From positions 10,576 to 74,575 of the forward strand of contig JAZOLG010000051.1 in assembly GCA_045652765.1 (NCBI GenBank): a stretch of DNA of 64,000 bases, read 5' to 3'. The notes under the pieces were generated by a model, which was given only the letters and a program-made list of their open reading frames with translations, ran no database searches and was not told where the DNA came from. A program made the translations under genes and the position numbers. The first letter of the stretch is position 1. Every line of letters starts with the position of its first letter. The stretch is from Bacilli bacterium (GTDB lineage: Bacteria > Bacillota_I > Bacilli_A > ML615J-28 > CAG-313). Shown one piece after another: positions 8,891 to 16,069 of the stretch.

Positions 8891-9091
8891 AGAAAAAATA
8901 AGGAACAAATAAGGAACGAAATTATTGACTTTTGTTCCATATTTGGAGCAATTTTTTTATTTTCTATGGATATTTTAGTTTTTATTCAATTAAAGGGATT
9001 TGAATTCTTTTTTATTTAAAATAGTTGATAATTTAATTTAGGTATGATAAAATATAGTAGGAAAGTAGGAATTTCCAACAAGGAGGATATT

Positions 9092-9358
9092 ATGATTATT
9101 GAATTAAGAAAGAAATCACAAATCACGTTGCCAAAGGAAATTGTAAAAAATTTAAATTTACAAGAAGGAGATAAATTTGAAGTATCAATTGAAAATGGTA
9201 GTATTAAACTTGAACCTGTCGCTGTATACCCTAAAGAATATATATTAAAATTAGCAGAAGAAATCCAAGTATTGAGGGAGGATGTAAAATTCGAATATAA
9301 TACATTTAACAATGTAGATGATTTGTTAAAGAGCCTTAAAGATGATAGTAAGGAGTAG
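9092..9358 (+). CDS. AbrB/MazE-family antitoxin
   Basis: LRKKSQITLPKEIVKNLNLQEGDKFEV swapped-hairpin motif; RBS AGGAGG before ATG 9092. Confidence 0.85.
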   Translation: MIIELRKKSQITLPKEIVKNLNLQEGDKFEVSIENGSIKLEPVAVYPKEYILKLAEEIQVLREDVKFEYNTFNNVDDLLKSLKDDSKE

Positions 9359-9361
9359 CTT

Positions 9362-9625
9362 ATGTATAAATTAGCATACACTGAAAGATTTAAAAAAGCT
9401 TTTAATGATCTTACTAATAATGAACAAATTCAGTTTCAAAATAAAATGAAGCTGTTTGTGGAAAATATATTACATCCATCATTAAGAACAAAAAAGATAA
9501 AAGGCCAAAAAGATCTGTACGAAAGTAGTATAAATATGGATATAAGAATAATATGGTATTTCGAAAATGAAGAATTAATTATTTTAGTTGATATCGGCCA
9601 CCATGATATACTTAAGAAATTTTAA
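9362..9625 (+). CDS. RelE/YafQ-superfamily mRNA interferase toxin
   Basis: YTERFKKAF...HPSLRTKKIKG...SINMDIRII...DIGHHD; directly downstream of the antitoxin. Confidence 0.82.
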   Translation: MYKLAYTERFKKAFNDLTNNEQIQFQNKMKLFVENILHPSLRTKKIKGQKDLYESSINMDIRIIWYFENEELIILVDIGHHDILKKF

Positions 9626-9680
9626 AAAAGACTTATCGTCCCATACACCTTTTAAAAAGATAGATATCGTAGCAGTTAGG

Positions 9681-9952
9681 CATTTTTTGAAATCTATAGG
9701 TCTTCTTAAAAAGAGGATTTATTTTTTATTTTTGTAGGGTATTTTAGCCTATCATGGTTAGAATACCTTATTTTTTATACATTTATGAAACATTTAGATT
9801 TAAACACAATAGTTGAATATAACTATTGGAGACTGAGCATCGATTCGAACCATTAACGTACGGGACTTGAACCTATAGGAGATAATGTTGGAGAAAAAAT
9901 TGGTATTGTGGTATAATAGTTGTAACATAAATAAGAATTTGTAGGAGTATAT
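9681..9952 (+). repeat. Structured non-coding element, copy 2 (ends at methyltransferase start codon)
   Basis: Begins CATTTTTTGAAATCTATAGGTCTTC versus CATTTTATGAAATCTGTAAGTCTTC at the tRNA 3' end; same hairpin order as copy 1; about 27 bp shorter in the T-loop-motif region. Confidence 0.9.
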
Positions 9953-10738
9953 ATGAATCGCGTAAATAAAACACTATACATTCCCTTATACGGTAAGTCC
10001 TACGTAAGTAAAAAGGGATTGTTTCTTGAAGACAAAAAAGCTGAAGAAATATGGGATAAAGAAAGGTTTGAACTAAAGAAAAAATCTAAATCTAAATGGC
10101 TTGCCTATTATATGGGAATACGCTCTGCCGTGTTTGATGAATGGCTTAATCAAAAAATGATTGATTTACAAGATGCTGTAATTATACATATTGGTTGCGG
10201 AATGGATAGTCGCGTTTTAAGAATTGGAACAAGTAATCACAAGTGGTATGATGTTGATTTTGCTGAGGTTATTACAGAAAGAAGAAGATACTATTTTGAG
10301 TCTGAGTACTATCAAATGATTGCAGGTGATGCAAGAGATTTTGCATGGCTCACAAAGATTAAGGAAAACGAGTCTGCCATCATCGTTATGGAAGGTGTAA
10401 GTATGTACTTGACCGTAGAGGAAATGCAAAAATTAGTAGATAGACTTTGTTCTCATTTCAAAAGTATTAACCTTTTAGTAGATTGCTATACTTCTTTAGC
10501 CGCTAGAATATCAAAGCATAGAAATCCGATAAATGATGTGGGAGTAACTGATGTTTATGGATTAGACAATCCACAAGTCTATCAGAATGATAAACTTACT
10601 TTTATAAAAGAACATACAATGATACCTAAAAAATATATTGATGAATTAAAAGGGTTTGAAAGGTTCGTTTTTGCAAAGCTTTATGCAGGAAGTTTCTCAA
10701 AAAAGTTGTATCGTTTATTTGAATATGAAAAGAATTAA
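9953..10738 (+). CDS. Class I SAM-dependent methyltransferase, LCM/TcmP-like
   Basis: TLYIPLYGK, IHIGCGMDSR, WYDVDFAEVI, IVMEGVSMYL. Confidence 0.85.
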   Translation: MNRVNKTLYIPLYGKSYVSKKGLFLEDKKAEEIWDKERFELKKKSKSKWLAYYMGIRSAVFDEWLNQKMIDLQDAVIIHIGCGMDSRVLRIGTSNHKWYDVDFAEVITERRRYYFESEYYQMIAGDARDFAWLTKIKENESAIIVMEGVSMYLTVEEMQKLVDRLCSHFKSINLLVDCYTSLAARISKHRNPINDVGVTDVYGLDNPQVYQNDKLTFIKEHTMIPKKYIDELKGFERFVFAKLYAGSFSKKLYRLFEYEKN

Positions 10739-10769
10739 AAGACAAAATCTAATTTAAAAAAGGTGAAGT

Positions 10770-11411
10770 ATGAATAAAGTAATAGAAAATGCAAAAGAAT
10801 ATGTATTTAAGTTCTTTCAAAATCAAGAAGGAAGTCATGATTATGATCATACAATGCGCGTATATAAGATGGCGAAATATATAGCATCTTTTGAAAATGC
10901 TAATATGGAAATTGTAATACTAGCTGCATTACTACATGATGTTGATGATTACAAAGTTTCACCAGAAACTTATCATAATATGACTAATGCGAAACAATTT
11001 TTATATGATAATAGTGTTGATGAAAACACCGTACGATTAATTTGCGATATTATTAAAGATGTAGCATTTAAGGGAAAAGATACTAAAACTCCAAGTACTA
11101 TTGAAGGCAAAATAGTGCAAGATGCCGATCGGTTAGATGCTCTTGGTGCAGTAGGTATCGCAAGAGCGTTTACTTATGGAGGTAATAAAAATAGAATATT
11201 ATATGATAAAGATATTTTACCTAATCTTGATATGAAAGAAGAAGAATATCGTAATCATGTTTCTACTACTATAAATCATTTTTATGAAAAGTTATTCAAA
11301 TTAAAAGATCTCATGAATACTTTAACTGCCAAAAAACTTGCGGAAAGTCGTGATAAATATATGAGAGAATATATTGATAGATTTAAAAAAGAGTGGGAAG
11401 GATTGATTTAA
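10770..11411 (+). CDS. HD-domain phosphohydrolase (YedJ-like)
   Basis: HDYDHTMRV, AALLHDVDD, VQDADRLDALGAVGIARAF, HFYEKLFKL. Confidence 0.9.
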   Translation: MNKVIENAKEYVFKFFQNQEGSHDYDHTMRVYKMAKYIASFENANMEIVILAALLHDVDDYKVSPETYHNMTNAKQFLYDNSVDENTVRLICDIIKDVAFKGKDTKTPSTIEGKIVQDADRLDALGAVGIARAFTYGGNKNRILYDKDILPNLDMKEEEYRNHVSTTINHFYEKLFKLKDLMNTLTAKKLAESRDKYMREYIDRFKKEWEGLI

Positions 11412-11426
11412 CAAGTTTATTTATTT

Positions 11427-11455
11427 TTGACAAGTCGTTAATTTTATGATATAAT
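11427..11455 (+). promoter_or_regulatory. Consensus sigma-A promoter for the symporter gene
   Basis: TTGACA, 17 bp spacer, TGnTATAAT. Confidence 0.8.
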
Positions 11456-11530
11456 TTTGTTATTAATTTAATTAATTGCATGTAATATTCTGTTTTTCAA
11501 TAGAAATTTAAGAAAAAGGAGATTCACTTT

Positions 11531-12994
11531 ATGATGAATTTTATTAAAATTGGTATGATTTTAGCAAATGGAGATTGGGATTTTACTTTAGCTAATTATG
11601 GACCAGTTTGGTCATTTATGGTTCAATTTGGCCTTTTATTAATTTTTTTAGTTTTGGGTAATGTTTTAAGAAGAACTATACCTTTATTTAGAAAATTATT
11701 AGTACCATCAGCTCTATTAGGTGGGGCGTTATTATTAATTACTAACTTTATATTTAAACAATTTGATCGTGGTTTTGTTGATAACAGATTAATGCAAGTA
11801 ATTACTTATCATTGCTTAGCAATTGGATTTGCGGCTATGTCGCTTAAAACAGAAAAAAGCAAACACAAAACAAATAAAGCTCAGGTGTTAGAATATGGCG
11901 CTTTACAAGGTGGCACATATATGTTACAAGCATTTATTGGGCTATTAATTACAATTGTATTATTTTTAATTACAAGATATGGTGATCAAATAGTGTCATA
12001 TGTTTGTGGTGTTATTTTGCCGCTTGGATTTGGTCAAGGTCCAGGAAATGCTTTAACTTGGGATGTAAATTATACTAATATACCTGCTGCACAATTTGCC
12101 GGTAATGGGAGCTTCGGTTTATCACTAGCTTCTATTGGTTTTGTTGTTGCATCTGTGTTTGGCGTTTTATATATTAACATTCATAAAAAACGTGGTACAT
12201 TAAAAATCAGAGAAGCTAATCAATATGCGCGTGAATTAGAAGAACTAGAAGCAAGTATCGTTGAAATTCCTGATAATGAATCAGTTGATAAATTTACAAT
12301 CCAACTTGGTTTTGTTGCGATTGCGTATGCTTTATCATTTGGACTTATGTATTTGCTTGGTATTTTATCAGATTTTACTAATAGTATTGCTTGGGGATTT
12401 AACTTCTTGTGGGCATCACTTGCTGCTATGTTAATTAAGTTTGTTGTAAAACATTTACGTAAACGTAATATTATGCACCGACAATATATTAATAATTATC
12501 AAATGGATCGTATATCAGGATTCTCATTTGATTTAATGATTGTTGCAGGTGTTGCGGCAATTGAAATTAATGATATTAAAAACTATATTATTCCGATTAT
12601 ATTATTAACTATTGCTGGTATGATCGTAACATTAATATACATTCGTAAAGTAGCCAAAGAATGTTTTAAAGGATTTGAACATGAATTTTTCCTAATGAGT
12701 TTTGGTACGTTAACAGGTACTGCATCAAATGGTATGATTCTTATGAAGGAAGCTGATCCAGAATTAAAAACTCCTACTTCAAGTTTATATATTCTTTCAA
12801 ACTTCCCAGCTATGGTAATGATTGCACCATTACTATTCTTACTAGGCTTTGCTGGCAAATCGTTCCAAAATGCTATAATCGCATGTGGTATATTCTTTGT
12901 ATTATGGATTGCGTACAGTATCTTCTTATTTAGAAGAAGAATTTTCAAGAAACGTTACAAAGATAAACCAGTAATTGAATGGAAAGAAGAATAA
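11531..12994 (+). CDS. Sodium/glutamate symporter (GltS-like) family transporter
   Basis: About 12 TM helices; LLVPSALLGG, LGFGQGPGNA, FGTLTGTASNGMIL...DP. Confidence 0.75.
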   Translation: MMNFIKIGMILANGDWDFTLANYGPVWSFMVQFGLLLIFLVLGNVLRRTIPLFRKLLVPSALLGGALLLITNFIFKQFDRGFVDNRLMQVITYHCLAIGFAAMSLKTEKSKHKTNKAQVLEYGALQGGTYMLQAFIGLLITIVLFLITRYGDQIVSYVCGVILPLGFGQGPGNALTWDVNYTNIPAAQFAGNGSFGLSLASIGFVVASVFGVLYINIHKKRGTLKIREANQYARELEELEASIVEIPDNESVDKFTIQLGFVAIAYALSFGLMYLLGILSDFTNSIAWGFNFLWASLAAMLIKFVVKHLRKRNIMHRQYINNYQMDRISGFSFDLMIVAGVAAIEINDIKNYIIPIILLTIAGMIVTLIYIRKVAKECFKGFEHEFFLMSFGTLTGTASNGMILMKEADPELKTPTSSLYILSNFPAMVMIAPLLFLLGFAGKSFQNAIIACGIFFVLWIAYSIFLFRRRIFKKRYKDKPVIEWKEE

Positions 12995-13028
12995 AAAAAC
13001 TTCTTATGGGTAACCATAAGAAGTTTTT
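12995..13028. terminator. Bidirectional intrinsic terminator
   Basis: AAAAACTTCTTATGG-gtaa-CCATAAGAAGTTTTT. Confidence 0.85.
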
Positions 13029-13031
13029 ATT

Positions 13032-13715
13032 TTATCGATTTAAAATTAATGATGTTAATTTTACTGGATCAACAATTTGGCCATCTTTGTAAACACGCAT
13101 ATTACCTGAGGCGATTTCATCAATTAAGATTACTTCACCATTATTGTATCCAAATTCAAATTTAATATCCCATAAGTCTAAACCAATAGATTTTAAATCA
13201 TCAGCAATTAGTTTAGTAATTTTTAAAGTTTGTTCTTTCATACTATCAAATAATTCAGCGCTCATGACATTTAATGCAACTAAACCTTCTTTAGTAACAA
13301 GAGGATCGCCTTTTTCATCATTTTTAAATGTACATTCAACGTATCCACCATCAAGTACTGTTCCATTTTCAATATATTCTCCATAACGACGGATGAAACT
13401 TCCAGTTGCAACTAGACGACAAATTACTTCAAGACCGTGACCAAATACTTTACCAGGTAAAACCTCCATTGAAGCTTCGTCGATATTAGCATTGACATAG
13501 TGTGTTTTGATGCCAGATTGTTTTAATAGTTCAAAATAATAGATTGAAGTTTTTAAATTTTCTTTTCCAATTCCTTCAATTGTTAGTCCTACAGTGTTTT
13601 CTCCCGGATCGAATACACCATCTTTGCCAGTACAATCATCTTTAAATTTTAATAAAACATTACCATTTTCTAATTCATAAACATCTTTTGTTTTTCCAGT
13701 ATATAATTTTTTCAT
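13032..13715 (-). CDS. purC: SAICAR synthetase
   Basis: [47 protein letters not shown]. Confidence 0.95.
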   Translation of the reverse strand: MKKLYTGKTKDVYELENGNVLLKFKDDCTGKDGVFDPGENTVGLTIEGIGKENLKTSIYYFELLKQSGIKTHYVNANIDEASMEVLPGKVFGHGLEVICRLVATGSFIRRYGEYIENGTVLDGGYVECTFKNDEKGDPLVTKEGLVALNVMSAELFDSMKEQTLKITKLIADDLKSIGLDLWDIKFEFGYNNGEVILIDEIASGNMRVYKDGQIVDPVKLTSLILNR

Positions 13716-13787
13716 TAGCTTTAGTCTGTCTCCTTTAGCATAAAGTACGATTTATTCTAGCATAATGCGAAAATTTATTCACTAAAT

Positions 13788-13816
13788 TTGCAAATTTATT
13801 TTTTTAATGATATAAT
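13788..13816 (+). promoter_or_regulatory. Sigma-A promoter of the pur operon
   Basis: TTGCAA, 17 bp spacer, TGnTATAAT, just upstream of the riboswitch. Confidence 0.8.
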
Positions 13817-13821
13817 AATGT

Positions 13822-13892
13822 TAGTTATACAACTGACGGAAGTGGAGAATACCACATGGGAGTATAATGTATCGAAGTCGACCGTCTGGGCA
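13822..13892 (+). ncRNA. ZMP/ZTP (pfl) riboswitch aptamer
   Basis: TTATAC-AACTGACGGAA-GTGG..CCAC-ATGGGA-GTATAA, linker, GTCGACCGTCTGGGCA: matches the pfl consensus with pseudoknot GACGG/CCGTC; upstream of purine genes. Confidence 0.93.
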
Positions 13893-13927
13893 TATTATCT
13901 TTAATAGGGGATAGTATGCCTTTTTTT
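13889..13927 (+). terminator. Riboswitch expression-platform terminator
   Basis: GGCATATTATCT...GGATAGTATGCC plus T7, overlapping the 3' end of the aptamer (ON-switch layout). Confidence 0.88.
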
Positions 13928-13952
13928 GATTTTTTACAATATGGAGGTAATT

Positions 13953-14438
13953 ATGAAAGTATCAGTTATTATGGGTTCAAAAAGTGATTTACCAATCGTT
14001 GAACCTGCTGTTAAAATTTTAAAAGAATTTGATGTATCAGTTGAAGTGAGATGCTTATCTGCACATCGATTACACAATGAATTAATGTCATATGTTGGGG
14101 AGTGTAATTCTAATGGTACTGAAGTAATTATTGCGGCGGCTGGAATGGCTGCAGCCTTACCAGGTGTAATAGCATCTGCAACAATTATTCCTGTAATTGG
14201 TGTTCCAGTAAAAAATGATACATTAGGTGGTATTGATGCTTTGCTTTCAATAGTACAAATGCCAACTGGTGTTCCGGTAGCAACCGTAGCTATAAATGGA
14301 AGTAAAAATGCTGCTTATTTAGCATTACAAATATTGGCTATTAAATATCAAAACATAAAAAATAAACTATTAGATGCTAAAGAAAAAATGCAAAAAGATG
14401 CACTAATAGCAAACCAAGAAATAATAGAAAAATATTAA
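13953..14438 (+). CDS. purE: N5-CAIR mutase / AIR carboxylase
   Basis: VIMGSKSDLP, SAHR, AGMAAALPG, PVIGVP, SIVQMPTGVPVATV. Confidence 0.96.
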   Translation: MKVSVIMGSKSDLPIVEPAVKILKEFDVSVEVRCLSAHRLHNELMSYVGECNSNGTEVIIAAAGMAAALPGVIASATIIPVIGVPVKNDTLGGIDALLSIVQMPTGVPVATVAINGSKNAAYLALQILAIKYQNIKNKLLDAKEKMQKDALIANQEIIEKY

Positions 14439-14450
14439 TTGGAGGTTCTT

Positions 14451-15482
14451 ATGAGTAACAAATATCGTGAAGCTGGTGTAGATTTAGAAGCTGGTTATGA
14501 ATCAGTAAGATTAATTAAATCACATGTTGCAAGAACAAAAATTAAAGGCGCAGTAGATTCTATTGGGTCTTTTGGTGGCATGTTTGATTTAAGTTTATTT
14601 AATATGAAGGAACCTGTTCTGGTTTCGGGAACAGATGGCGTTGGTACAAAACTGATGATTGCTTTCGCATGTGACAAACACGATACAATAGGTATCGATG
14701 CAGTTGCTATGTGTGTTAACGATGTATTAGTTCAAGGTGCAATGCCAATTTTCTTTTTAGACTACTTAGCAGTAGGAAAAAATCATCCAACAAAAATTGA
14801 ACAATTAGTCAAAGGTGTTGCGGATGGATGTGTTCAAAGTGAGTGCGCATTGATTGGCGGAGAGACTGCTGAGATGCCTGATATGTATGATGTTGATCAT
14901 TATGACATTGCAGGTTTTTGTGTTGGTGTAGTTGAAAAATCAAAACTTTTAGATGGCCAAAAAATTGAAGTTGGTAATGTTTTAATTGGTTTACCTTCAA
15001 CTGGGTGTCACTCAAATGGATATTCACTTGTTCGTAAAGTTTTATTAAAGGATGGTAAGTTAGATGTTAAAAAATATTATCCTGAGTTTGGAAAAACTTT
15101 AGGTGAAGAATTGCTTACGCCGACTAAAATATATGTTAAAACTATTAAACATCTATTAAACAAAAATGTTGATATTTTGGGGATGTGCCATATTACTGGT
15201 GGTGGTTTCTTTGAAAATGTTCCTAGAATGTTAAAGGCAGGACAAGGCGTTGAAATAGATGTTAAATCATTTCCACGACCAGAAATTTTTAACTTAATTC
15301 AAAAAGTTGGAGACATTCCAGAAAAGGAAATGTATAATGTCTTCAATATGGGAATTGGTTTTATACTAGCCGTTAATGAAAAAGATGTTGAATCAACAAT
15401 GAATTTACTAAAAGAAATCAATGAACCTGCTTATGTAATTGGTAAAGTAACAAATAGTGGAGAAGTAGATTTAAAATGGTAA
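14451..15482 (+). CDS. purM: AIR synthetase
   Basis: YREAGVD, GTDGVGTK, GGETAEMP, HSNGYSL, HITGGG, FNMGIG. Confidence 0.97.
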   Translation: MSNKYREAGVDLEAGYESVRLIKSHVARTKIKGAVDSIGSFGGMFDLSLFNMKEPVLVSGTDGVGTKLMIAFACDKHDTIGIDAVAMCVNDVLVQGAMPIFFLDYLAVGKNHPTKIEQLVKGVADGCVQSECALIGGETAEMPDMYDVDHYDIAGFCVGVVEKSKLLDGQKIEVGNVLIGLPSTGCHSNGYSLVRKVLLKDGKLDVKKYYPEFGKTLGEELLTPTKIYVKTIKHLLNKNVDILGMCHITGGGFFENVPRMLKAGQGVEIDVKSFPRPEIFNLIQKVGDIPEKEMYNVFNMGIGFILAVNEKDVESTMNLLKEINEPAYVIGKVTNSGEVDLKW

Positions 15483-16069
15483 ATATTGCAGTATTAATAT
15501 CAGGTAGTGGAACTAATTTACAATCCATTATTGATGCTTGGAACAATAAAGAAATCAATGGAAATTTGAAATTGGTAGTCTCTAATAGAAAAAATGCATA
15601 TGGACTAGAACGAGCAAGAATAGCTGGAATTGAAGCAATTCATATCAAAGATGAAGAAAAACTGATAAAGACATTACTTGATAATGAAATTGATTTAATT
15701 GTATTAGCAGGCTATCTTGCAATAGTATCTGATAAGTTAATTGATAAATTTCCAAATAAAATTATAAATATTCATCCATCATTAATTCCATCTTTTTGTG
15801 GACCAGGCTTTTATGGTATTCATGTCCATGAAGCAGCGTATAAAAGAGGTGTAAAAGTTTCAGGTGCAACAGTTCATTTTGTATCAAGTGTAGTTGATGG
15901 TGGACCGATTATTTTACAAAGAACAATTGATATAAGCGATTGTAAATCACCTGAAGAAATTCAATCAAAAATTTTATTAAATATCGAACATAAGTTAATT
16001 GTAGAAGCTGTTAAATTATATTGTGACGGCAAACTACAAGTAAATAATGAAAGGGTAGAAATAATATGA
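15476..16069 (+). CDS. purN: GAR formyltransferase
   Basis: LISGSGTNLQ, VLAGY, NIHPSL, GATVHFV, DGGPII. Confidence 0.97.
   Translation: MVNIAVLISGSGTNLQSIIDAWNNKEINGNLKLVVSNRKNAYGLERARIAGIEAIHIKDEEKLIKTLLDNEIDLIVLAGYLAIVSDKLIDKFPNKIINIHPSLIPSFCGPGFYGIHVHEAAYKRGVKVSGATVHFVSSVVDGGPIILQRTIDISDCKSPEEIQSKILLNIEHKLIVEAVKLYCDGKLQVNNERVEII

Noticed and set aside
9016-9381. 121-aa minus-strand ORF
   Set aside because: Antisense shadow of the antitoxin gene.
8141-11411. Classical integron, IS or prophage
   Set aside because: No intI, transposase or phage genes, and no attC-type RYYYAAC...GTTRRRY sites were seen.
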